Shown: one piece after another, positions 20,010 through 29,603 of the stretch
How positions within the stretch are numbered: the stretch's first letter is position 1
Layout: the number at the start of each line of letters is the position of its first letter
Assembly (NCBI GenBank): GCA_003221005.1
Contig: QHTZ01000083.1
Location: 1-37,588, forward strand
Length of the DNA stretch: 37,588 nucleotides
From: Gemmatimonadota bacterium
GTDB taxonomy: Bacteria > Gemmatimonadota > Gemmatimonadetes > Gemmatimonadales > GWC2-71-9
Reading direction: 5' to 3'
Program-made: the position numbers and the translations under genes
Notes under the pieces: generated by a model
Database searches by the model: none
Seen by the model: only the letters and a program-made list of their open reading frames with translations
What the model was told of the DNA's origin: nothing

Positions 20010-20831
20010 ATGTCCCGCGTCATCGCGATCGCCAATCAGAAGGGCGGTGTGGGGAAAACCACCACCGCCGTGAACCTCGCCGCCTCGCTCGCGACCGCCG
20101 AGCGCAAGACCCTTCTCGTGGATGCCGATCCGCAGGCCAACTCGACCAGCGGCGTCGGGATCGAGCGCGACCGCATTCGCTCCTCGCTCTATGACGCGCT
20201 GCTGGACGGGCGCTCCCTCGCGGACGTCCGCTTCCCGCACGTGCACTTTCCCTTTCTCGATCTCATCCCCGCGACGCAGGACCTGGTCGGCGCCGAGCTC
20301 GAGCTGGTGAATCGGTCCGCGCGCGAGACCGCCATGCGGCGCGCGCTGCGGGAGCTGCGTGACGACTATCAGTATGTCATCATCGACTGCCCGCCGTCGC
20401 TCGGCCTCGTCACCCTCAACATGCTGACGGCGGCCGACAGCGTGATCATCCCGATCCAGTGCGAGTACTACGCCCTGGAGGGACTCTCGCAGCTGCTCAA
20501 CACCGTCAAGCTCGTACAGCGCAACTTCAACCCGGCGCTCGCCATCGACGGCGTGCTCCTGACGATGTACGACGCCCGTCTCAATCTCTGCAAGCAGGTA
20601 GCCGAGGAAGCCAAGGAGTATTTCGGACCGCAGATGTTCAGCATCACCATTCCGCGGAACGTGCGGCTGGCAGAGGCCCCGAGCTTCGGCAAACCGATTC
20701 TCTTGTATGACGTGCAGTCCGTCGGCGCGCGCAGCTACCTCGCCGTCGCGCAAGAGCTGATTCGCCGCGTCGAACACGCTGACTCCCCTGCCCTGCCCGC
20801 GGCGGAACCGCTGCCGGAGGTGCCCGCATGA
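20010..20831 (+). CDS. parA: Chromosome partitioning ATPase ParA/Soj
   Basis: NQKGGVGKTTT deviant Walker A, DPQAN, IIDCPPSLG, QCEYYALEGL and RLAEAPSFG motifs. Confidence 0.97.
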   Translation: MSRVIAIANQKGGVGKTTTAVNLAASLATAERKTLLVDADPQANSTSGVGIERDRIRSSLYDALLDGRSLADVRFPHVHFPFLDLIPATQDLVGAELELVNRSARETAMRRALRELRDDYQYVIIDCPPSLGLVTLNMLTAADSVIIPIQCEYYALEGLSQLLNTVKLVQRNFNPALAIDGVLLTMYDARLNLCKQVAEEAKEYFGPQMFSITIPRNVRLAEAPSFGKPILLYDVQSVGARSYLAVAQELIRRVEHADSPALPAAEPLPEVPA

Positions 20832-21721
20832 CCGAAGTCACCACAGGACGCCGTCGCCTCGGCCGGGGTCTCGAAGCGCTGCTCGGCCCGACGCGCGACG
20901 AGGCCGAGCGCGAGGGCAGTCTCGTCGAGTTGGCCATCGGCGAGATCCGGCCCAACCCGTTCCAGCCGCGCCAGGACGTCGATCCCACGGCCCTCGAGGA
21001 GCTCAAGGCGTCGATCCGCCAGGCTGGTCTACTCCAGCCCGTCGTCGTGCGCCCGATCCCCGGCGGCGACGGCGGTTACGAGTTGATCGCGGGCGAGCGG
21101 CGGCTGCGCGCCTGCCAGGCGCTCGGCTGGGAGCGAATTCCCGCGGTCAAGCGCGAGGTGGACGACCGCACGGTGCTGACGCTCGCCCTTATCGAGAATC
21201 TGCAACGGGACGACCTGTCGCCCGTGGACGAGGCCCGGGGGTACGAGCGTCTGATCGCGGAATTCAATCTGGCGCAGCAGGACGTCGCCGACGCCGTGGG
21301 GCGCGACCGCTCCACGGTCGCAAACGCGCTGCGCCTCCTCAAGCTCCCCGCCGCCGTGCTCACCATGCTGCACGATGGCCGCCTGTCGGTGGGACACGCC
21401 CGCGCGCTGCTCGCGCTCGACGATCCCCGACGCGCCACTACACTGGCTCGCGAAGCCGTCGCCCAGGGGCTCTCGGTGCGCGAGATCGAGGACCGCGTGC
21501 GGGGCGGCCGGGCGCCGGTCCGGCGGCCCCGCCTCAAGCGCGGGGTGGGGCAGGCGCCCGAGGTGCGGCGCGTCGAGGACGCGCTGCGGCGTCGGCTCGG
21601 GAGCGACGTCCGGGTCACCCTGCGCGCGAAGGGCAAGGGCCAGATCCATGTGGCCTTCTACTCGAACGACGACCTCGCGCGCTTGCTGGAGATCATGCTC
21701 GGGGCACCGTTCGACGGATGA
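20828..21721 (+). CDS. parB: Chromosome partitioning protein ParB/Spo0J
   Basis: LGRGLEALL N-terminal peptide, NPFQPR, IAGERRLRA, ENLQRDDL and HTH (GRDRSTVANALRLL). Confidence 0.97.
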   Translation: MTEVTTGRRRLGRGLEALLGPTRDEAEREGSLVELAIGEIRPNPFQPRQDVDPTALEELKASIRQAGLLQPVVVRPIPGGDGGYELIAGERRLRACQALGWERIPAVKREVDDRTVLTLALIENLQRDDLSPVDEARGYERLIAEFNLAQQDVADAVGRDRSTVANALRLLKLPAAVLTMLHDGRLSVGHARALLALDDPRRATTLAREAVAQGLSVREIEDRVRGGRAPVRRPRLKRGVGQAPEVRRVEDALRRRLGSDVRVTLRAKGKGQIHVAFYSNDDLARLLEIMLGAPFDG

Positions 21722-22512
21722 GGTCGCGGGGCGTCACGATCGTCGTCCACGTCGACGGCGATCTGGACTCGCGTCAATATCGCGTGCCGCAATGGGCGTT
21801 CGAGGCGGGGAGGTGGGGCGCGGTCGCGATCGCGCTGCTCGTCGTGTTGTTCTTCGCATTTGCCGAACCGCTGACCCATGCGGCGGCGCGCGTACCAGGT
21901 CTGGAACGCGAAGTCGCGCGTCTGCGGCAGGAGAACGGCCGCGTGCAACAGCTCGCGGCCGCGCTCAACCGCGCCGAGGCGAACTATCAGGAGCTCCGCC
22001 AGCTGCTGGGGGTGCGCTCACCGCCGGCCGGTCGGGTGACGACGCCCAGTCCCGACCTGATGCGCGCCGTGGCCGTCCGGGCGAGACAGCCAGCCACGAC
22101 GTCGCGCTACGGCGTGGGGCCTTCGCGCCCCGACCATTGGCCGCTCGACGTCCCGGGGTTCGTCACCCGCGGCCAAGTGCGCCCTGGGGACCCGGCCGAG
22201 TCGCACCCCGGGATCGACATCGCGGTGCCCGCGGGCTCGGCCGTGCGGGCGGCCGGCGGGGGAACGGTCGAGACCGCCGGCACCGACCCCGATTACGGCT
22301 TGTTCGTCCTCTTGCGTCATCCTGACGGGTATGAGACGATGTATGGACACGCGTCACGCTTGCTCGTGCACGATGGGGATTCGGTGCAGGCGGGGCAGGT
22401 GATCGCCCTCTCGGGCAACTCCGGGCGGTCCACCGCTCCCCACCTGCACTTCGAAATCCGGCGCGAGGGCAGGGCCCTCGACCCGCTCACGATGGTGAAA
22501 CAGGAGAACTGA
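21718..22512 (+). CDS. Membrane-anchored M23-family peptidoglycan endopeptidase
   Basis: TM helix and coiled coil, then HPGID (HxxxD), YGH and STAPHLHFE (HxH). ATGA overlap with parB. Confidence 0.92.
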   Translation: MRSRGVTIVVHVDGDLDSRQYRVPQWAFEAGRWGAVAIALLVVLFFAFAEPLTHAAARVPGLEREVARLRQENGRVQQLAAALNRAEANYQELRQLLGVRSPPAGRVTTPSPDLMRAVAVRARQPATTSRYGVGPSRPDHWPLDVPGFVTRGQVRPGDPAESHPGIDIAVPAGSAVRAAGGGTVETAGTDPDYGLFVLLRHPDGYETMYGHASRLLVHDGDSVQAGQVIALSGNSGRSTAPHLHFEIRREGRALDPLTMVKQEN

Positions 22513-22513
22513 C

Positions 22514-22936
22514 ATGGCCATCTTCACCGAGAAGGGACACGGGGGGCCGGAATCGGAAGGCGCGTTGTCCATCATCGGCGCGGGGATGCGGGTGGTCGGG
22601 GACATCACGGCTGAAGGAGTCGTGAAGATCGAGGGCACGGTGGTCGGTACAGTGCGTGCGGGCCGCCAGGTGCTGGTAGCGAAAGGCGGCGAGGTGGAGG
22701 GCGACGTGGTCACCCGCGAAGCGATAATCGGGGGGGAAGTGCGCGGTACGGTGGTCGCCGGGGAGCGCGTGGAGATTCAGGCCTCGAGCGTAGTGCATGG
22801 CGACATCACGAGCAAGCGCCTCTTGGTACACGAGGGCGGGGAGATCAACGGCGTCATCCGTATGGGCGAGGCGGCGCCAGCCGAGCCGGCCGCCGCGGGC
22901 GACACCGGCGCCACGGCCACAGCCCGGTCGTACTAA
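22514..22936 (+). CDS. Bactofilin (polymer-forming cytoskeletal protein, CcmA family)
   Basis: SIIGAGMRVVGDI...IEGTVVGTV...GEVEGDV...IIGGEVRG...VHGDI...GGEING beta-helix repeats, with an N-terminal MAIF membrane-targeting-like peptide. AGGAG RBS. Confidence 0.93.
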   Translation: MAIFTEKGHGGPESEGALSIIGAGMRVVGDITAEGVVKIEGTVVGTVRAGRQVLVAKGGEVEGDVVTREAIIGGEVRGTVVAGERVEIQASSVVHGDITSKRLLVHEGGEINGVIRMGEAAPAEPAAAGDTGATATARSY

Positions 22937-22946
22937 TCCGTTCTGA

Positions 22947-23030
22947 TTATCCACATGGCGCGGCTTCAGTCATGTGGATTCTCTAACTGCAAGTGGATCT
23001 TGGTGTTAGTGAACTCGTCCATGTGGGAAT
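22947..23030. promoter_or_regulatory. DnaA-box cluster (one perfect box, several degenerate)
   Basis: TTATCCACA (22947-22955) is perfect; the opposed TGTGGATTC (22973-22981) has two mismatches. Weaker AGTGGATCT (about 22992) and TGTGGGAAT (about 23022) lie in the same lower-GC intergenic region. Confidence 0.5.
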
Positions 23031-23102
23031 CTGGCCGTGGGCGCTGTCTGGTGTCTCCTTAGTGACTCTATGATGTCCCAGCACTGTTCATAAGGTCGCG
23101 CC

Positions 23103-23855
23103 ATGCAGCTGGCCGAGCTGGTCTCCTATCTGGACGGCTATCTGGACGTCCGCTCGGTGCCGGATGCGCCGCACGCCCTGAACGGTCTCCAGGTGGAGCG
23201 CTCTGGCGCGGTGACCCGCCTCGCCGCTGCAGTCGACTTGTGTGACGCGACCATCGGGTTGGCGGCGGCGGCGGGTGCGAACTTCCTGCTTGTGCACCAC
23301 GGGTTGTTCTGGGGCGGCCTTCAGCCCCTCGTCGGTGCCCAGTACCGGCGCGTCGCCCGGCTGATCCGACATGACATCGCGCTCTATAGCGCGCATCTGC
23401 CGCTCGATCGCCACCCCGAGGTGGGAAACAACGCCGTGCTGGCGCGAGCGCTCGCCGTGGCGCCGCGCGGCGAGTTCGGCGAGGAATACGGCAAACCGAT
23501 CGGGGTGTGGGGGGAGCTCGCCGTGGGTCGCGCCGCGCTCGCTGAGCGTGTCGGCGCGCTGCTCGGGGTTGTCCCGCGCCTGTTGGCGTTCGGGCCCGAG
23601 CAGGTGCGGCGTGTGGGCATTGTCACCGGGGCGGGGGGGTCGTTGATTCCGCAGGCCGCCGCGGCCGGGCTCGACACCTACATCACGGGAGAAGGTCCGC
23701 ATCACACCTTCTTTGACGCCGAGGAGCTCGGCGTGAACGTAATTTTCGCGGGGCACTACGCCACGGAAACCGTGGGCGTCAAGGCGCTCGCCGAACACCT
23801 CAGCGCGAAGTTCCACTTGCCCTGGACGTTTCTCGACCATCCCACGGGACTGTGA
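23103..23855 (+). CDS. Nif3-like dinuclear metal centre protein (YbgI/DUF34)
   Basis: NGLQV, LVHHG, HLPLDxHP..GNN, YITGE and AGHYATE motifs. Confidence 0.95.
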   Translation: MQLAELVSYLDGYLDVRSVPDAPHALNGLQVERSGAVTRLAAAVDLCDATIGLAAAAGANFLLVHHGLFWGGLQPLVGAQYRRVARLIRHDIALYSAHLPLDRHPEVGNNAVLARALAVAPRGEFGEEYGKPIGVWGELAVGRAALAERVGALLGVVPRLLAFGPEQVRRVGIVTGAGGSLIPQAAAAGLDTYITGEGPHHTFFDAEELGVNVIFAGHYATETVGVKALAEHLSAKFHLPWTFLDHPTGL

Positions 23856-25060
23856 GCCCGCGGCGGGTCCTCGCGCTGCTCGCGGCCGCGGAGCTCTTGG
23901 CGATGGCGCCTTGGTTCAGCGCGTCGGCGGTTGCCCCCACTCTGGTGCGGGTGTGGCGGCTGGCGGGAACCAGCGCCGCGTGGCTCACGATCTCCGTCCA
24001 GCTCGGCTTCGTGGTCGGCGCCGTGACGAGCGCGGCGCTGACACTTGCCGACGTGTGGTCGGCGCGCCGGTTGGTGGCGTGGGCGGCGGCGCTCGCGGGC
24101 CTCGCGACGCTGGGAGTCGCGGTGGCGCCGGGTCCCGGCGTCGGGATTCCGCTCCGGTTCGCTACGGGCGCGGCGCTCGCAGGCGTGTACCCTCCTGGGA
24201 TGAAGATCGCGGCCGGGTGGTTCCGCGAGGCGCGCGGCTGGGCGATCGGAATCGTGGTGGGTGCGCTCACGATCGGATCGGCCACGCCCCATTTGGTGCG
24301 CGCGCTCGTGCCCGCGGAGCATTGGCGGGTCGTGCTCGAGGTCGCGGCCGCTTCGGCCGCGGCGGGCGGGTTGCTGGTGCTGCGAGTGCCGCACGACGGT
24401 CCCTACGTGGCGCCCTCGTCGGGGTTCGATTGGCCGGCCGCGCCGCGCATACTCAAGGACCGCGCGGTGGCGCTCGCGAACTGCGGCTATCTCGGTCACA
24501 TGTGGGAGTTGTATGCGATGTGGACTTGGATGGCGGTGTTCGTCGCGCAAAGTGAGCGCGTGCGCGCGGGGGCTGAAGCCGCGTCCAGCGCGGCACCCGC
24601 GCTCGTCACGTTCGTCGTCGTCGCCAGCGGCGCCGTGGGATGCTGGCTCGGAGGTGCCTGCGCCGATCGCTGGGGTCGAACGCTCGTGACCAGCGCCGCG
24701 ATGGCGCTGTCGGGGTGCTGCGCCCTGGTCGTCGGCGCGCTCTTTGGGAGCCCGCTCGCGCTGCTCGTCCCGCTGCTCGTGATCTGGGGGGTGGCGATCG
24801 TCGCTGACTCGGCTCAGTTCTCCGCGGCGGTGAGCGAGCTCGCCCCGCGCGAGTACGTGGGCACGGCGCTCACGCTGCAGACGAGCCTCGGATTCCTGCT
24901 CACCTGTGTCACTATCTACGTTCTCCCCGCGGTGGCCATGCGCTGGGGCTGGCGGTGGAGCATGGCCGTCCTCGCGCCGGGGCCCGCGCTCGGCGTCGTC
25001 GCGATGCTGGCGCTCCGCGGTCGGCCGGAAGCGGTGCGCCTCGCGGGCGGCCGGCGGTGA
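23852..25060 (+). CDS. MFS transporter
   Basis: About 12 hydrophobic segments; WFSASAV, VQLGF, LAGVYPPGMK, GYLGHMWELYAMW, ADRWGR and ADSAQFSA motifs. Confidence 0.9.
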   Translation: MSPRRVLALLAAAELLAMAPWFSASAVAPTLVRVWRLAGTSAAWLTISVQLGFVVGAVTSAALTLADVWSARRLVAWAAALAGLATLGVAVAPGPGVGIPLRFATGAALAGVYPPGMKIAAGWFREARGWAIGIVVGALTIGSATPHLVRALVPAEHWRVVLEVAAASAAAGGLLVLRVPHDGPYVAPSSGFDWPAAPRILKDRAVALANCGYLGHMWELYAMWTWMAVFVAQSERVRAGAEAASSAAPALVTFVVVASGAVGCWLGGACADRWGRTLVTSAAMALSGCCALVVGALFGSPLALLVPLLVIWGVAIVADSAQFSAAVSELAPREYVGTALTLQTSLGFLLTCVTIYVLPAVAMRWGWRWSMAVLAPGPALGVVAMLALRGRPEAVRLAGGRR

Positions 25061-26055
25061 CGAAGGCGCATCATCCCCCGACCGGCGGGTTCCGCAACCC
25101 GTGGGGGGACGACGCGACGCAGGGGCTGCGCAGCATCTTCAAATGGAAGGTGATCGACCGCTTCACGCGTCCCCCCGCGCGCGCTCCCGATCCGGCGCCG
25201 TTCCCGGTGGCCGTGCCGAGCTTCCCGGTCCCACGCGCGCCGCTCGATCGACTCGTGCTCACCTGGGTCGGGCATGCGACCTTCCTGCTGCAGGTGGGGG
25301 GTCTCAACCTGCTCACGGATCCCATCTGGAGCGAGCGCGCGTCGCCCGTTCAGTTCGCAGGCCCGCGCCGCCGCGTGGCCGCCGCGGTCCCTTTCGCCGG
25401 GCTCCCGCCGATCGACGCCGTGCTGCTCTCTCACAATCACTACGACCACCTGGATGACCGCACCGTGCGGCGTCTGGCCGCGGCGCATCCGCAGGCGCGG
25501 TGGCTCGTGCCCCTCGGGCTGGCGCCGTTCGTACGGCAGCGCGGCGCGCGCGACGCCCTCGAGCTCGACTGGTGGGAGGAAACGCGCGTCGGCGAGCTTG
25601 CCATCGGGTGCACGCCGGCGCGGCACTTCAGCTCGCGCGGGCTCGGCGACCGCAACCGGACGCTGTGGTGTGGCTGGAGCGTGGCGGCGCCGGCGCGCCA
25701 GGTCTACTTCGCCGGGGACACCGCGTATCATCCCGAATTCGCCGCGATCGCGGATCGCTTCGGGCCGTTCCACGCCGCGTTGCTGCCGATCGGCGCCTAC
25801 GAGCCGCGCTGGTTCATGCGCTCCGTGCACATGAACCCGGAAGAAGCCGTACGGGTGTACCAGGATCTCGAGCGGGGGCGCCCGCCGATCGCGGGTCGAG
25901 TCGCGCTCATGGTCGCGATGCACTGGGGAACCTTCCAGCTCACGGATGAGCCGTTGGACGAACCGCCCAAGCGGGCGCGGGCTGCGTGGCGCGGTGCGGG
26001 ATTCGACCCGAACCGGCTCTGGATCCCCACCCACGGGGAGTCGCGGACGATCTAG
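25057..26055 (+). CDS. MBL-fold metallo-hydrolase (NAPE-PLD/RomA-like)
   Basis: GTG 25057 overlaps the MFS stop. FRNPW, TWVGHAT, TDPIWS, SHNHYDHLD, FAGDT, PIGAYEPRWFM and HWGTF motifs. Confidence 0.92.
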   Translation: MTKAHHPPTGGFRNPWGDDATQGLRSIFKWKVIDRFTRPPARAPDPAPFPVAVPSFPVPRAPLDRLVLTWVGHATFLLQVGGLNLLTDPIWSERASPVQFAGPRRRVAAAVPFAGLPPIDAVLLSHNHYDHLDDRTVRRLAAAHPQARWLVPLGLAPFVRQRGARDALELDWWEETRVGELAIGCTPARHFSSRGLGDRNRTLWCGWSVAAPARQVYFAGDTAYHPEFAAIADRFGPFHAALLPIGAYEPRWFMRSVHMNPEEAVRVYQDLERGRPPIAGRVALMVAMHWGTFQLTDEPLDEPPKRARAAWRGAGFDPNRLWIPTHGESRTI

Positions 26056-27320
26056 CTGTGCAGCGGTACCACGAACCGGACCGTGACGGCTTCCTGCGTC
26101 TGGGGCGAAACGGTGCAGAAGCAATCGGTGCCAATCAGGCGCTTCACTCCCTGCACTTCGGCTTCGGCGATGCCGGGGACGTCACGGAAGGTGATCTCGA
26201 ACGCCTGGCCGTCGATGACGCGGTAGCTCACCGGCCGCCCCACGAGGCGGTGGTGCGGATCGATCTTCGCCAACCCGTCCGCGAGGCGGTGTTGCAGCTC
26301 CGTCAACCGCTCGCCGGTCGGCGCCAGGCGCTCGCTCAATACTGGGGTTCGATTCGCCCGCACGGCGGCGGCGTTGCGCCGCATCCCCGCCAGCCCCGGG
26401 CGCTCGAACGGCGTGTCCTCGAAGCGGCGGTCGAACTCCGACGTGGTCATCCCGGCGAACGCATTGAGGTCGGGCGCCATGAGGTCGGCGCGCGGTGCGA
26501 GCTCGGGATCCGTCGTGGCGTGTGCGAACGTCACGTTCCACGGGCACACGTCCTGACAGACGTCACAGCCAAACAGCCAGTCCGTCGCGAGACGCCGCTC
26601 CGGCTCTGTGAACTCCCCGCGGTGCTCGATCGTGAGGTAGGAGATGCAGCGCCGTGCGTCCATCAGGTGCGGCGCGACGAACGCCTCGGTGGGGCAGGCG
26701 TCGAGGCAGCGGCGGCAGGAGCCACAGCGATCGGCGTCGAACGGCAGATCGGGCGTGAGCGCTGCGTCGGTGAGCACGACGCCTATGAAGGTGAACGAGC
26801 CGAGGCGTGGGTGGATGAGCATCATGTTCTTGCCGATCCAGCCCAATCCGGCCCGCTGCGCCAGGTCGCGCTCGGGCACCGGGCCGGCGTCGACGTAGCA
26901 GCGAGAGCGCGCACCAGGGGAGATCCGCCTGATGGCGTCGGCCAGCCGCGCGAGGCGAGCGCCGAGGATACGGTGGTAGTCGCCGGACCAGGCGTACTGG
27001 GCGACCTGCGCTCGATCCGGTAGCACGGCCGCGGGGTCGGCCGGCCCGTGGAAGTAGCTGGTGAGTGTCACGACCGCGACCGTGGCGTTCGGCATGATGC
27101 GGGCCGGCTCCTTGCGTTGCTCAGCCTGGCGCCGCAGGTAGTCCATGCCGCCCGCGTACCCGGCGGCGAGCCAGCGGTCGAGCTCCGCCGCGTGCGCGTT
27201 CCGCTCCAGCGTCGCGATCCCCACGGCGTCGAACCCCAGCTCGATAGCCCGACGCTTCACCTCTACGGTGTTTCTCGACGCCGATCCTTGACGCCTCCTC
27301 TCGACGTCTTTGTGTTTCAT
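26052..27320 (-). CDS. queG: Epoxyqueuosine reductase QueG with extra C-terminal domain of about 95 aa
   Basis: ELGFDAVG, DYH, YVDAGPVPER, AGLGWIGKN, CGSCRRCLDACPT, RCISYLTIE and FGCDVCQDVCPWN motifs. ATG 27320 overlaps the stop of the upstream ORF (ATGA). Confidence 0.93.
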   Translation of the reverse strand: MKHKDVERRRQGSASRNTVEVKRRAIELGFDAVGIATLERNAHAAELDRWLAAGYAGGMDYLRRQAEQRKEPARIMPNATVAVVTLTSYFHGPADPAAVLPDRAQVAQYAWSGDYHRILGARLARLADAIRRISPGARSRCYVDAGPVPERDLAQRAGLGWIGKNMMLIHPRLGSFTFIGVVLTDAALTPDLPFDADRCGSCRRCLDACPTEAFVAPHLMDARRCISYLTIEHRGEFTEPERRLATDWLFGCDVCQDVCPWNVTFAHATTDPELAPRADLMAPDLNAFAGMTTSEFDRRFEDTPFERPGLAGMRRNAAAVRANRTPVLSERLAPTGERLTELQHRLADGLAKIDPHHRLVGRPVSYRVIDGQAFEITFRDVPGIAEAEVQGVKRLIGTDCFCTVSPQTQEAVTVRFVVPLHS

Positions 27321-27583
27321 AGACCCATCACTTGGCGGCGCCAGCGCGCGAACTGGACGACGTCGCTGACCGGTGGGACGGCAGCTTCGTCGCCGTAGGC
27401 GGTGAACATGCGCCAGCGCATGTACTCGCGGGGAGGGAGGGGCAGGAAGGGCGGCCGCCGATACCACGCGCGCGCGCGGAAGCTCCACATCAGGCGCAGC
27501 AGGTCGACGGCCAGGCGCGGGTTCACGAGAGCGCGGAGCGCCAGGCGGAGGTACAGCGACGACCATCTGCCGGAAGGCGACAT
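27317..27583 (-). CDS. Hypothetical protein (88 aa, Trp/Arg-rich), coupled to queG
   Basis: Open frame with WYRRPPFLPLPPREYMRWRMFTAYG and an ATGA overlap with the queG start. Confidence 0.7.
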   Translation of the reverse strand: MSPSGRWSSLYLRLALRALVNPRLAVDLLRLMWSFRARAWYRRPPFLPLPPREYMRWRMFTAYGDEAAVPPVSDVVQFARWRRQVMGL

Positions 27584-27709
27584 CGTACGTGCAAATCTAC
27601 ACGCCCGTGCTGATCAACGCGGTGTCGGGTGCACTCCTCCTTCTATATATTGACCGCCTATGGCCCTCGCCAGCGGCGTCTCGGCTCTTCTACAACCCGC
27701 AGGATGACT

Positions 27710-28459
<750 letters not shown>

Positions 28460-28463
28460 CCCC

Positions 28464-29603
28464 ATGACGCCCCGAAACGATTTTCTGCGAGGCGCGCGCA
28501 TCGATCCCAAGCCGATCACGGGCCGGGAGACGGTCCCCGAGCTGATCGACAACGCGTTCCTCGCCTACAACGCGGGGCGGTTGGGGGAGGCGTGCCGGCT
28601 CTTCACGGAGCGGATGCTCGCCGACGACGTGACGGTGGGGATGAGCCTCACCGGCGCGATGACGCCGGCCGGTCTCGGCATGTCGACGATCATCCCGCTG
28701 CTGGAGGCGGGGTTCGTGGACTGGATCGTGTCGACCGGCGCGAACCTGTATCACGACGCGCATTTCGGCCTGGGCCTCTCGATGCACCGAGGCAGCCCGT
28801 TCGTGGACGACGTGGAGCTGCGCGAGCAGGGCGTGGTGCGCATCTACGACATCTTCTTCGACTACGAGGTGCTGCTCTCGACTGACGCGTACATCCGTGA
28901 GGTCTCGGCGGGCGCCGAGTTCCAGCGACCGATGAGCACCGCGGAGTACCATTACCTGCTCGGCGGGTACATCCTGGAGCGCGAGAAGGCGCTCGGCATC
29001 AAGCGCAAGTCGCTGCTCGGCGTCGCACACGACTGCGCGGTGCCGATCTACACTTCGTCGCCCGGCGACTCGTCCATCGGCATGAACGTCGCCGAGCAGG
29101 CGCTTGCGGGCGGCCAGCTGCGCTTCGACCCGAGCGCCGACGTGAACGAGACCTCCGCGATCGTATTTCGGGCCAAGGTCACCGGCGGCAAGAGCGGTGT
29201 GCTGATCGTCGGCGGGGGCAGCCCCAAGAATTTCGTGCTCCAGACCGAGCCCCAGATCCAGGAAGTCCTCGGGATCAGCGAGAAGGGGCACGACTACTAC
29301 CTCCAGATCACCGACGCGCGCCCCGACACCGGGGGATTGTCGGGCGCCACGCCGGCGGAGGCGGTGAGCTGGGGCAAGGTGGATCCCGACCAGCTGCCGG
29401 GCACCGTCGTCTGCTACCTGGACAACACGGTCGCGCTCCCGCTCCTCACGGCGTACGCCCTCGCCCGCCGCAAGCCGCGGCGCCTGAAGCGCCTGTACCA
29501 GCTCCGGGACGAGATGATGCGGCAGCTGACCGAGGAGTACCTCGCGGCGAAGGCGGACCGCGACTCGCGGGCGGAGGCGGCGACTGGCGGACGCTCCGCC
29601 TAG
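28464..29603 (+). CDS. speY: Deoxyhypusine-synthase-like homospermidine synthase (SpeY-like)
   Basis: [54 protein letters not shown] and EAVSWGK (catalytic Lys). The motif pattern closely resembles cyanobacterial SpeY as recalled. Confidence 0.85.
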   Translation: MTPRNDFLRGARIDPKPITGRETVPELIDNAFLAYNAGRLGEACRLFTERMLADDVTVGMSLTGAMTPAGLGMSTIIPLLEAGFVDWIVSTGANLYHDAHFGLGLSMHRGSPFVDDVELREQGVVRIYDIFFDYEVLLSTDAYIREVSAGAEFQRPMSTAEYHYLLGGYILEREKALGIKRKSLLGVAHDCAVPIYTSSPGDSSIGMNVAEQALAGGQLRFDPSADVNETSAIVFRAKVTGGKSGVLIVGGGSPKNFVLQTEPQIQEVLGISEKGHDYYLQITDARPDTGGLSGATPAEAVSWGKVDPDQLPGTVVCYLDNTVALPLLTAYALARRKPRRLKRLYQLRDEMMRQLTEEYLAAKADRDSRAEAATGGRSA

